64,000 nucleotides of DNA, from positions 448,001-512,000 of the forward strand of contig JBHLNF010000002.1 of the NCBI GenBank assembly GCA_048937405.1, given 5' to 3'. Source of the DNA: Promethearchaeota archaeon. GTDB lineage: Archaea > Asgardarchaeota > Lokiarchaeia > Sigyniarchaeales > SOKP01. Under the pieces are notes generated by a model that saw nothing but the letters and a program-made list of their open reading frames with translations, ran no database searches and had not been told where the DNA came from. The position numbers and the translations under genes are program-made. Of the stretch, positions 9,262 through 19,318 are shown in pieces (positions within the stretch are counted from its first letter, which is position 1; each line of letters starts with the position of its first letter).

Positions 9262-10545
9262 GTGTATGAATTGAACGAAATGAAGAGAGAAAAAATAAGG
9301 AAAAACCAAGAGAGTGGATTTACACTAGCGCGTGAGCAAAAGATACAGACTGTTTATTCAGGTATATATGTAATTGGGGCGATTGGAAATGCTGTTGCTA
9401 TCGAGACTGACTTTGGATTCATTCAAATTGACACCGGTACTGATGAAAAAATGGCAAAAAATATTATTGCTCAACTTAGAACAATTTCAGATATCCCAAT
9501 TCATACAATCATTTATAGTCACGGGCATAATAGTTATAATTTTGGAATAAAAGCTTTTCTCAAGGAGGCTGAAAAACGCGGAGAACCTCGTCCTCAAATC
9601 ATTGCTCATGAGCGTCTTCCTGTGCGTTACTGGCGCTATCAAGAGACTTTAGAACTTCAAAATTATCTTTCGAATATTCAATTCCGGTACCCTCTCGAAA
9701 GAAAAATGCAAAATGTCTATGTTTTTCCAGATATAACTTTTAGTGATATTTTACGCCTGAATATGGGAAATCGTACGGTGGAGATTCTTTGGGCACCCTC
9801 GGAAACAGATGATTCTATCGCAGTGTGGTTACCTAAGGAACGTGTACTCTACGGTGGCCCTGCAGTGATAATGAGTTGTCCCAACATCGGAACACCGTTA
9901 CGTACAATACGCGATTCTATACGCTGGGCTGACACCTTAGATAAGATGATTAACTTACGTCCGGATGTACTGATTCCATCATATGGTTCTACTATAAAAG
10001 GAACCGAAGAAATTCAAAAAATACTTGGAAACATGGTTGAAGGTCTCAGATATTTAAGACGCGAGGTTGTAAAGAGAATGAATCAAGGAATGACCGATGT
10101 AGAGATTTTACATGATATTAATTATCCACCCGAGCTATTTGATCAACCATGGACTAAACCAACTTATGGATGTCCTGATATGATCGTGCGAGATATTTAT
10201 CGTTCAGAAAATGGTTGGTGGGACCGAAATCCGACCAATCTTCATCCTGCTAGACCTGATTTGGCAGCTAGGGCAATTTTTGAGGCTATTGGAGATCACA
10301 AACAGGTGTTGGAAAAGGCTAAGCAATTAATGGATTCAGGTGAGGTTCAGTTAGCACTTCATGTTATTGATCTCTTGGCTCTAGCAAATGGGGAAGAAAG
10401 AGAGATATGGGAAGCGAAAAAACTTAAATCGAAATTACTTCACCTCAAATCTAAGGAAGTTCCTTCAATTGTTTCCACTAATCTCTATTTAAGCCATGCA
10501 GATCTTCTTGATAAAATGATTCAGGATCATAATACAGAAGAATAA
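9262..10545 (+). CDS. Alkyl sulfatase-like metallo-beta-lactamase fold protein with dimerization domain
   Basis: IDTG, YSHGH, APSETDD, PNIGTPLR, GWWDRNPTNLHP motifs. Confidence 0.8.
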   Translation: MYELNEMKREKIRKNQESGFTLAREQKIQTVYSGIYVIGAIGNAVAIETDFGFIQIDTGTDEKMAKNIIAQLRTISDIPIHTIIYSHGHNSYNFGIKAFLKEAEKRGEPRPQIIAHERLPVRYWRYQETLELQNYLSNIQFRYPLERKMQNVYVFPDITFSDILRLNMGNRTVEILWAPSETDDSIAVWLPKERVLYGGPAVIMSCPNIGTPLRTIRDSIRWADTLDKMINLRPDVLIPSYGSTIKGTEEIQKILGNMVEGLRYLRREVVKRMNQGMTDVEILHDINYPPELFDQPWTKPTYGCPDMIVRDIYRSENGWWDRNPTNLHPARPDLAARAIFEAIGDHKQVLEKAKQLMDSGEVQLALHVIDLLALANGEEREIWEAKKLKSKLLHLKSKEVPSIVSTNLYLSHADLLDKMIQDHNTEE

Positions 10546-11111
10546 TTTTTATCAATATTTTTCAATAAAAAATTCAATAATGTATCAACAGCATCTTCTA
10601 AATCTCCAGAATTATCTATAATATAATCTGCTTCAGGAAATTCTTGGTTTAATCGTGCTCGATTAATTCTTTCTTCTAACATTTCTGAATTTTCTCTTCC
10701 CCGCTTACTTAAACGCTTAATAATTATATCAAGAGGAGCATCTATAAAAACTACTTTAATATTTTTATAAAGTTCTCTAGCTCTATGCACTATTGTCCGA
10801 CTCACATTGATTATGACAGGATTTCCTTTTTTAAGAAATTCATCAATTTCTATTGGAATTCCATAATCTAGATTATAAATATGCCATTTCAATGCAAATT
10901 GCCCATTTTCTTCCATGTATTTAAATTTTTCTACAGTAATTGATATGTTTTTTTCAGTTTGAGAGGATTCTCTTGTAATATATCTTTTTGGAGCATAAAT
11001 CTGTTTCAAATGGGAAGGATATTTTTTGATGATTTCAGAGATTATAGTATCCTTCCCAGATCCAGAATTCCCAACAATTAAAAATAGTGTACCCATTAAT
11101 TCTTTTGCCAT
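10527..11111 (-). CDS. phnN: Ribose 1,5-bisphosphokinase (PhnN)-like kinase
   Basis: VGNSGSGKDT, RYITR, FALKWHIYNLDYGIP, NVSR, RGRE, IDNSGDL match the PhnN pattern. Confidence 0.75.
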   Translation of the reverse strand: MAKELMGTLFLIVGNSGSGKDTIISEIIKKYPSHLKQIYAPKRYITRESSQTEKNISITVEKFKYMEENGQFALKWHIYNLDYGIPIEIDEFLKKGNPVIINVSRTIVHRARELYKNIKVVFIDAPLDIIIKRLSKRGRENSEMLEERINRARLNQEFPEADYIIDNSGDLEDAVDTLLNFLLKNIDKNYSSVL

Positions 11112-11323
11112 TTTACTCTACTTATTACACTTTTAATTAATACTCAATCCACGTTTCTATTAAGTGTTAAATCACTTTAGAATGATTAAGTCTAAAATGG
11201 ATATATATTATATAAATTGAATGATTTATACTGAAAATAAAAAAGAATTAAAATATAATTAACGATATAAATCTTAGTTAACTAATTTATTATACTAGAA
11301 ATTTTGAACATTCTCCTAAAATA

Positions 11324-11746
11324 ATGGCGAAAAGAAGAATAAATGAAAACACAAAAATATCGGATATTCCAGAGAGTTATCAGAGATATTTAGATGAGAT
11401 TCATTCAATTTCTAAAAATAAAAAAGGTGGATGGGTGAGTAACAAGGAGATTGCTGAGAATCTTAAAGTAGAACCTGCTTCGGTAAGTGGTATGCTCGAA
11501 AAACTAAAAAAAAAGGAATTAATTAAATGGGAACCAAGAAAAGCTATAAGGTTAACAGAAAAGGGAAAAAAAATTGCTAAGCAATTAGATGAGACACACA
11601 CCCTACTTCATCAGTTTTTTGCAGAAGTATTAAAAATAGAAGATCAAGAGGTTATCGAGGACCTATCTTGTGAAATAGAACATCATATTACTCGGGATGT
11701 AAAGAATTCATTAAAAGAATTCCTCTCAAAATATTCAGATAATTAG
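11324..11746 (+). CDS. DtxR/MntR family metal-dependent transcriptional regulator
   Basis: wHTH IAENLKVEPASVSGMLEKL; SCEIEHH metal-site motif. Confidence 0.85.
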   Translation: MAKRRINENTKISDIPESYQRYLDEIHSISKNKKGGWVSNKEIAENLKVEPASVSGMLEKLKKKELIKWEPRKAIRLTEKGKKIAKQLDETHTLLHQFFAEVLKIEDQEVIEDLSCEIEHHITRDVKNSLKEFLSKYSDN

Positions 11747-11811
11747 ATTTAATTATAATCCTTAATTCATTGATGCAATGAACATAAATTATATTCTTAA
11801 AAGTATTTAAA

Positions 11812-12573
11812 ATGTCTGAGGAAATAAAGCAAAAAATTAATCAAGTCAATGAGATCTTTGAAAATTTTTCCAACTTTATTGAATTGAGTGATTTTAGATC
11901 ATATTTATTATTTACATTAACTAGTCAAGTACCCACAAATATCTTGGCTCAAATTGGCTTAGGCGGTAATAAAGAGATTATCAATTTACCTTATAATCCA
12001 TTATTCAATATATATTATCAGAAAATTAATTTAATCTCTGCAGGATCTCTAATAATTTTCATAAAAAACAACCCAATTACTGATAAATTCACTTTAGATA
12101 AAGAAGATCCTATAATAAAAACTTATCTCAACACTAATGAAATGAGTCTTGCTTTTCGAGGTAAAGAGAAATTTCTTTTACCAAAAATTAGTGATTGTAG
12201 TGCTTTTGATATTGATGGAAATTCAAAATTAAATGTAAAAGTCGATGATATTTTCCATTCTTTAGAAAGTTTTTTAGCTGTTGCTGAACCAAACTTAATT
12301 TTTGTTATTGATGCGACAAATGAATCAGAATCTGATCTAATCTTTACCTTTAATATGATGCCAGAAATGCCAAGTCGCATGGATCAGAAGGTTTTAAAAA
12401 TTGATGTATTTTTTGATAAAGATCATAAAACAAAAGATATGGTTTATCTAAAACGAGAAGAAGATTTTACTGTTAAATTTTTAAAAGATATAAAAGAAGT
12501 GAGTCATGCTGACTTATATAAATCCGCTTTTTCGTTAATTTTACATGTTAAATCGTTTTTAAAACCATATTAA
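11812..12573 (+). CDS. Hypothetical protein
   Basis: 253-aa ORF, no recognised motif. Confidence 0.6.
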   Translation: MSEEIKQKINQVNEIFENFSNFIELSDFRSYLLFTLTSQVPTNILAQIGLGGNKEIINLPYNPLFNIYYQKINLISAGSLIIFIKNNPITDKFTLDKEDPIIKTYLNTNEMSLAFRGKEKFLLPKISDCSAFDIDGNSKLNVKVDDIFHSLESFLAVAEPNLIFVIDATNESESDLIFTFNMMPEMPSRMDQKVLKIDVFFDKDHKTKDMVYLKREEDFTVKFLKDIKEVSHADLYKSAFSLILHVKSFLKPY

Positions 12574-12810
12574 AATAAATTTCACTTCTCTTTTTTTTAC
12601 TTTTTACCATAAATTAATTTATTCAGGTTGCTATTATCGCATTAATATTAATAATAGCATTATTAGGTTATTGATAGAAATATATTCGTTAGCCATTAAT
12701 CAATTAATATCATTAAAGGATTAATATAGTTAATTTATAAAACATCCGACAAAATATATAAAATATAGTTATCATACCTCGTCTAAATTTTAAGAAATTT
12801 ACAAAAAGGG

Positions 12811-13023
12811 TTGTCTAAATTGAAAATCATTACAATTAATTTACCAGAAAAATATTTACAAGCAATTCAAATTCTTAATGATATGGGGGTCTATCCTTCC
12901 CGTAGTGAAGCTATAAGAATTGCATTGCATCAATTTTTAACAAATGAGTTGAAAATGTTTAAAGATCTCGAAGATGACTGCTTTAAAATGTTAATAAGAA
13001 GTAAATCTAAAAAAAATAATTAA
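12811..13023 (+). CDS. Ribbon-helix-helix (CopG/Arc/MetJ) regulator
   Basis: IITINLPEKYL...YPSRSEAIRIAL. Confidence 0.85.
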   Translation: MSKLKIITINLPEKYLQAIQILNDMGVYPSRSEAIRIALHQFLTNELKMFKDLEDDCFKMLIRSKSKKNN

Positions 13024-13288
13024 TTCCTCTTTTTTTTATTATCTTTAAATTTTAGAATTTATGGATATAAACGATCCCCGTTGATTTTTTTATAACCCTG
13101 TATATGTGTAATTTTCAATTTTTCTCTTATAATTGAGATAATTTATATCCTAATTCGTTAAAAACTTCGAATTTTTATTTTCTTGTGCTTATAGATCAAG
13201 ATATAAATATCTAATTATTATATTTTCATTTAGAACCAAATGATTCAGAATTTGTTTTTTTGTAAAAAACTTTTTAAAGGTAAAATTA

Positions 13289-13927
13289 ATGAAAATTGCA
13301 ATTATTGGGACAGGAAGATTAGGAACAGCACTGGGGAAAATTTGGGCAGAAAAAGAACATAAAATTATGTTTGGATCTCTTGATCCACAGAAAGCCAAGA
13401 AATTAGCTAATTCAATAGGATTTGGTACAGTTGGTAGTACATATGAAGAAGCTGTAAAATTTTCTGATGTAATCATTCTAGCAGTTCCTTGGTCAGGCGC
13501 AAAAGAATCAATCCAAAACGCAGGAAATCTAAATGATAAGATTATTATAGATTCTACAACTACTGCAGCTCCTCATGTAGGTGGACCAATGATTTCACCT
13601 ACTCCATCGGCAGCAGAAAAAATCGCAAAATGGGCAGTAGGGGCAAAAGTAGTAAAAGCAGTTCACACAATTGGAGTAGAAAGTCTAAAAAAATTACAAT
13701 TCGGTTCCCAAACAGCAAGTTTATTTATTTGTGGAGATTATTTAGATGCCAAATCAAAAGCGAAAGAATTAGGATTTGATCTTGGATTTGATGTTATTGA
13801 CGCGGGACCATTAATAAATGCTAGACTTATTGAACCTCTGGGAATGCTTTGGATTGAGTTAGCTTATAATCAGGGAATGGGTACTGATATTGCATTCAAA
13901 TTATTGCGACGTAGATTGGCAAAATAA
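13289..13927 (+). CDS. NADPH-dependent F420 reductase / F420_oxidored family protein
   Basis: GTGRLG Rossmann motif, ILAVPW, VVKA, ICGD, DAGPL..AR.IE. Confidence 0.8.
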   Translation: MKIAIIGTGRLGTALGKIWAEKEHKIMFGSLDPQKAKKLANSIGFGTVGSTYEEAVKFSDVIILAVPWSGAKESIQNAGNLNDKIIIDSTTTAAPHVGGPMISPTPSAAEKIAKWAVGAKVVKAVHTIGVESLKKLQFGSQTASLFICGDYLDAKSKAKELGFDLGFDVIDAGPLINARLIEPLGMLWIELAYNQGMGTDIAFKLLRRRLAK

Positions 13928-14094
13928 AAAACTGAAATATACTGTTTTTTCTTTCCAGTTTTATTTTAAAATATTAACATAAAGTGTTTTTATCTTTTTT
14001 TAATACATAAATCTAAAAAATAGAGTAAATTTTAAACTTATAAATAATCATATTTAAAATTATATTATAACAACTGCTTTGTATTAATTGAAAA

Positions 14095-15135
14095 ATGAAG
14101 ATTGCACGATATTTTAGTAATGATAACATAATAACTGATGAAATGCCTAAACCAATAATTGGTCCAGAAGAATTTCTTGTCAAAGTTAAAAAATCTGGCA
14201 TTTGTGGCTCAGATATTTTGGAATATTATCGAAAAGCAAAAATGAAAAAATTAGGTGTTGATTCATTAATTTTGGGTCATGAAATCGCAGGTGATATCGC
14301 TGAGATTGGTGAATCAGTTAAACACCTAAAAGTAGGAGATCGTGTATTTGTTTCTCATCATGTTCCTTGTTTTGAATGTTACTATTGTAAACAGGGACAT
14401 CATACAGCATGTGAATTACTTCATAACACAAATTTTGATCCTGGTGGTTTTGCTGAATATGTTAGAATACCCAAAATCAATATAGAAAAAAAAGGGGTTT
14501 ACGTTTTAGATAAGAATATCTCTTATGAGGAAGCCGTATTTATTGAACCTTTAGGATGTGTATGCAGAGCACAACGTTTAGCAAATGTTAAAAAAGGATC
14601 TTTTGTCTTGGTTTTAGGATGTGGTGTATCTGGGTTATTGCATATACGATTAGCAAAACTAAGAGGTGCTGAAAAGATAATTGCTACAGATATTAATGAG
14701 TTTCGTCTCCAAAAGGCAAAAGAATTTGGAGCAGATGAAATATTTAACGCTAATGTAGATTTACCTAAAGAAATAAAAGAAATAAATAAGTTTAGATTAG
14801 CTGATATTGTGATAGTATGTACCGGTGCTTTATCTGCAGCCAATCAAGCTTTAGAATGTGCAGCTCCAGGAAGCAAAGTCATTTTTTTTGCAGTTCCACG
14901 GCCAGGAATAAATTTACAGGTTCCCATAAACAAATATTGGAGAAATGAAATTACAATTATGACGTCTTATGGTGCAGCACCCGAGGACCTTGATGAGGCA
15001 TATAATTGGATACTTTCAAAGCGAATAGATGTAATAGATCTAATTACTCATAGATTCCCTCTCAGTAAAGCTGAAGAAGCTTTTAAAGTTGTGTGTCAAG
15101 CTACTAATTCTATGAAGGTACTACTTGAACCTTAA
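14095..15135 (+). CDS. Zn-dependent medium-chain dehydrogenase (sorbitol/L-iditol type)
   Basis: GICGSD, GHE, CxxCxxC-x7-C structural Zn site, GCGVSG. Confidence 0.88.
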   Translation: MKIARYFSNDNIITDEMPKPIIGPEEFLVKVKKSGICGSDILEYYRKAKMKKLGVDSLILGHEIAGDIAEIGESVKHLKVGDRVFVSHHVPCFECYYCKQGHHTACELLHNTNFDPGGFAEYVRIPKINIEKKGVYVLDKNISYEEAVFIEPLGCVCRAQRLANVKKGSFVLVLGCGVSGLLHIRLAKLRGAEKIIATDINEFRLQKAKEFGADEIFNANVDLPKEIKEINKFRLADIVIVCTGALSAANQALECAAPGSKVIFFAVPRPGINLQVPINKYWRNEITIMTSYGAAPEDLDEAYNWILSKRIDVIDLITHRFPLSKAEEAFKVVCQATNSMKVLLEP

Positions 15136-15142
15136 AGGATCC

Positions 15143-16069
15143 CTAATCTAGATTCAATAATTTTGCTGCATTTTCTCCTAGAATAGCTTCAATTTCTTCC
15201 TCTGAAAAGACTATTCCTTTTGGAGACGTTTTAGGTAGACTTTTTATCTTTTCAATTAGTTTTTTTGCTGGTAAAATAACATCGTAAAATGGGGAATCAG
15301 ACCCAAATAATATCTTTTCCACCCCAACATAATCAATTATATCTCGCAATTCTCGACAGAATAACTCAAATTTCCCAAAAGCATACGGTCCCCACATAGC
15401 GAAATCTCCATAAAGATTTGGATTATGTACTGCAAGTGCAGCCCAAGGTCTCCAATTTATTTGCCCCATATGAGCAGCAATTACTCTAAGATGAGGAAAG
15501 TCAGCTAGAATGTCAGAAAGAACTAGAGGATCTGTAAATTTACTTCTTACAGCTCGGAGTGGACCAGTATGAGTTAATAATATACCATTATTCTTCTCTA
15601 AATAACCTAATAATTCATAAGATTCAGGACCACTAGGATCAAAACCAGTATCGGGGTGATATTTAAGTCCCTTCATATCAAATTCCTCAAAACATTGTTT
15701 CAGCATATCTAAAGCTTCTGAACGCCGGGGATCAACTCCAGCAAAAGCCATCAATCTATTAGGGTATTCCTTAGCAATTTCGCTGATTCTCTTATTAAGA
15801 TATTGATTTAATTCAGGTGTGAAATTTTCATTGTTAATGTTATCGACACGGCAGACTATAGTAAAATCTATATTTGCATTATCCATGTGTTCTATTACTT
15901 TTTTGCCCTCCTTATCACTCCATAATACTACACATTTTTGAATTAATGCATCCTCATCTGGTTTTAATCCCATAATTTTAGCTACTCTTAGAAGCTCCGG
16001 AATACCAAATTTGACCGCTTCAGGCGTTACATCAATAGGACTAAGATGATAATGAACATCTATAATCAT
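15143..16069 (-). CDS. Amidohydrolase-2 family protein
   Basis: IIDVHYH, GLKYHP, HTG, AHMG, LFGSDSP. Confidence 0.85.
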   Translation of the reverse strand: MIIDVHYHLSPIDVTPEAVKFGIPELLRVAKIMGLKPDEDALIQKCVVLWSDKEGKKVIEHMDNANIDFTIVCRVDNINNENFTPELNQYLNKRISEIAKEYPNRLMAFAGVDPRRSEALDMLKQCFEEFDMKGLKYHPDTGFDPSGPESYELLGYLEKNNGILLTHTGPLRAVRSKFTDPLVLSDILADFPHLRVIAAHMGQINWRPWAALAVHNPNLYGDFAMWGPYAFGKFELFCRELRDIIDYVGVEKILFGSDSPFYDVILPAKKLIEKIKSLPKTSPKGIVFSEEEIEAILGENAAKLLNLD

Positions 16070-16209
16070 TTTAAACCTCTCACTTTTTTACTCCTAGTTT
16101 TTAATTAATAATTATTATAATATTCTAAACTTAATTTATTTGAACAATTTTAGAAATTTACTCAATATGTTTTTAATCCAGTTAAAGTATAATTTAGAGA
16201 ATACTCTTT

Positions 16210-17196
16210 TTAAAAATTTTGACTCTGTTGAATATGTTTTCTTATAATCCATGATTCCCAAAATCTATAAATATCTGATACAAAACCTTTTAATTTCTTT
16301 TTAGGGAAGAATAAATCCATCTTAAGTAATTCATCGACAGCTCTGTTCTCAGATTTATTTAATAGATTCTTTTCTCTTAGAGCTTTATCTACTTTTTCTT
16401 GATTAATTCGAATTTTTTCTCTCATATAGTCAAAAGGAGAGTTATCTGGATATTTTACAATATAAGAATGACTTGAAGTTAAATATTTACTATTATTAAG
16501 GAAAATTTTCTCTGCTTTATTAATATCTTCTATATATTGAGTAATTGAACATTGTTTGAATCCATACCAAGGACCATAACCTTCTATTTGTGGTGAAGGT
16601 TTATCGAAACCTAAACAACTAATATGAAAAACTTTATCATCAGGTAAAAAGAATCCTGTATGTCCATTTGAATGCCCAGAAAAAGATAATGTGTTGATCT
16701 TAAAATCTTCAAATTTTAGTGTTTCTCCTGGTCTAAATGAATTAACTTGAGTACATTTTTGAAATCCATTAGCTTGTGCGAAACTTTTAACAGTATCGAA
16801 GTCAAGTTCTTCATCAAATCCAAAACCCTTATAAAAAATATGAAGATCTAATAAAAACTCTGCCTCTGGGTGTGGAGCATAGATTGCTGCTCCAACTTCT
16901 TCCCAAGCATGAATATGACAAGTGTGGTCAAGATGACCATGAGAACATACATAATTTGAAATAGGACCATAGATTTTATTTAAAGAAAATACATATTTTG
17001 GTTCTATGTTTAAATCAAGAACCACAGTTTTTTTATTGTGACCTCCTGTTGGTAAAATGAGAAGCCCATCACAGCAAGAAAAAAAGAACGGATGCTTTAT
17101 TTGATGGATTAATAGAATATTTTCTTTTACTTGTCTAATTTCAAGGTTTTCGATTTTTGGTAAAGTCATAGAAATAAAATGTTGCAAACTATTCAA
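16210..17196 (-). CDS. Metallo-beta-lactamase fold hydrolase
   Basis: SHGHLDH, GHSNGH, SSH. Confidence 0.8.
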   Translation of the reverse strand: MNSLQHFISMTLPKIENLEIRQVKENILLIHQIKHPFFFSCCDGLLILPTGGHNKKTVVLDLNIEPKYVFSLNKIYGPISNYVCSHGHLDHTCHIHAWEEVGAAIYAPHPEAEFLLDLHIFYKGFGFDEELDFDTVKSFAQANGFQKCTQVNSFRPGETLKFEDFKINTLSFSGHSNGHTGFFLPDDKVFHISCLGFDKPSPQIEGYGPWYGFKQCSITQYIEDINKAEKIFLNNSKYLTSSHSYIVKYPDNSPFDYMREKIRINQEKVDKALREKNLLNKSENRAVDELLKMDLFFPKKKLKGFVSDIYRFWESWIIRKHIQQSQNF

Positions 17197-17315
17197 TATA
17201 TTGCGATATAAAATAAATTAGAATTTAATAAATTAACCTTGAAGAATTTTGTTTTTTGAAAAAAGATTTCTCATGATGAGAAAAGGATTGAAAGAACTTG
17301 AAGACATTTTGATCT

Positions 17316-17723
17316 TTATCTAAGTAGTGGTTTTATTTTATCTTCCTGTTGGAGAAAAACAAGTATAAAAAGAGCAAGCATAATGATAGTGATTACAATT
17401 GTTAATGCAATCATAACAGGATCAAAAGCGGGGATACTAATAATTGATGTAACAAAATTAGCAAATAACCATACAATTTCAAGGATTACAACAATTTTAA
17501 CTTCTTTCCATTCTTTAGCCATCATTCCAAAAAGAGAACCCACAGTAAGTCCTGCAAAAGCAGAAGCAATTGTTAAGGACAAAGCACGAACATCATCGTT
17601 AACATATAATCCATATGTAGGACCTGTAGTATCAGGCATGAAAAACAGAATTGTAAAAATAATCCCTATTACAAAATGGATTAAAAACGTTAATTTCGTA
17701 AATTTTTGAATTTGCTCTACCAT
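17316..17723 (-). CDS. Small four-TM membrane protein
   Basis: Four hydrophobic segments. Confidence 0.65.
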   Translation of the reverse strand: MVEQIQKFTKLTFLIHFVIGIIFTILFFMPDTTGPTYGLYVNDDVRALSLTIASAFAGLTVGSLFGMMAKEWKEVKIVVILEIVWLFANFVTSIISIPAFDPVMIALTIVITIIMLALFILVFLQQEDKIKPLLR

Positions 17724-17924
17724 ATTTTAATTCACTTTTTTTAGTTTCTTTTATTATTTAATTTTGTTTTAATATATTCCCTTTTATATAAATATACAAA
17801 TTTTACTAGCATTAGGATAATAAGAAAATTTAGTGATAAAGTAAAAACTTTTATATTCAATGAATTTCTTTTTAAAGGAGAATGAGTAGGACAGAAAAAG
17901 TTAAAAAATCCTTATAAGTAGATT

Positions 17925-19016
17925 TTAGGATTGCTTCAGTTTTCTACTTATTAGAATTGCTATAAAAGAAAAAATACCGAGTAGAAAGAAAAGATTATAT
18001 CCTGAAATTAGTCCATTTTCTCTCACACAATTATTATTTTTGATATTATTATTAGCTCCTCCGTATTCATCTTTGATACAATAATCGTTTCCTAATAATA
18101 TATTTCCCGTGACTGTGTTATTATGACTATTAGATAAATACATACCAAATTGATTATCATTTGCAGTATTTTCCGAAATAGTGTTATTATTACTAGACGA
18201 TAATTGTATCCCAACAAAACCATTATTGGCGATGTTTCCTGAGAGAACGTTATTATTAGAAAAAGATAAATATATTGACCTCCCATCTCGAATATCATTT
18301 GCGGTATTTCCCGAGAGAGAATTATTATTACATTCCCCTAAATATATCCCAAAAAAGTTGTTATTATTTACAGTATTTTCCGAGATACTGTTATTATCAC
18401 ATGCACCTAAACTTAACCCACTATTACTATTGTTATTTGCCGTGTTTCCCGAGAAATTGTTATAATCACAAAAGCCTCCATATATTCCATTTCGATTATT
18501 ATTTGCAATGTTTCTTAAAATGTTATTATTATAACTATTTAATAAATTTATACCCCGTTGAAAGCCATGTGAACAATTATTCTCAATTAATTGGGCATTT
18601 GTTACATTTGATAATTTAATTCCTTCATTAGAATAATCTCCTGTATTATAGAGTGTACAATTTTCAATCCTAAAATATACAATGGAATTCTCAATTATGA
18701 TGCCACTTGTTGATCCTCCCACATTAATTACCAAATCTTCTATTAAATATGGTTCAGAATAAGTGCCATTTCATGTACAAATTCCTGCTTCTTTAGCGAC
18801 AGACCAATTAAAGCTTGGATCGATATCATCAATATAAATCGGTCCCAAAACAGCTGAGATTTCTAAATTTTTATAAATAAATTGATTATTATGAATCAAA
18901 CTCATACCATATTCTCTGGTTTCAATTACTGGGTTATAGGTAAAAAGAGGTAAGAAAGCGAAAATGATCCCTAACACTAATAAAATTATTAATTTTGGAT
19001 TTGAAGGTGATTTCAT
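17925..19016 (-). pseudogene. NosD/CASH beta-helix surface protein with Loki-CTERM-type tail, interrupted by one in-frame TGA (18771-18773)
   Basis: ORFs 18771-19016 and 17925-18734 share one frame: GICT*NGTYSEPYLIEDLVI; N-terminal signal/TM; NNNxxxGIxL repeats; C-terminal ISGYNLFFLLGIF..RKLK sorting tail. Confidence 0.75.
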
Positions 19017-19318
19017 TCTAATTTCATCTAATTTTATTAAAATAAATTATAAAGAAATTTTATCTCTAATATAAGTTAAACTTTAGATTTTAAATAAATT
19101 TACTAATTGAATTTCACTCTGTCTGGACATTCTAATAAAATTATAAAGATTTCATTCTCTAATAAAAAAGTGGATTATAAAATATCTATAATTTTGGCAA
19201 CTCTATAAATTTATAATGTATTTAGTTAATTTTTTAGTAATCTCTCTTTAAACTATCTTCAAATTTAATATATTTTACAGAAATTTCTATTTATAAATAA
19301 AAGACTAAACTATTTTGT

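Noticed and set aside
4818-10545. tRNA-His as the integration site for the RiPP/sulfatase region
   Set aside because: The accessory genes lie on the 5' side of the tRNA and no duplicated tRNA 3' end or integrase was found
18771-18773. Selenocysteine or intron explanation for the TGA in the NosD-like gene
   Set aside because: Position appears to be Gly rather than Cys, there is no inserted sequence or BHB, and no SECIS was seen
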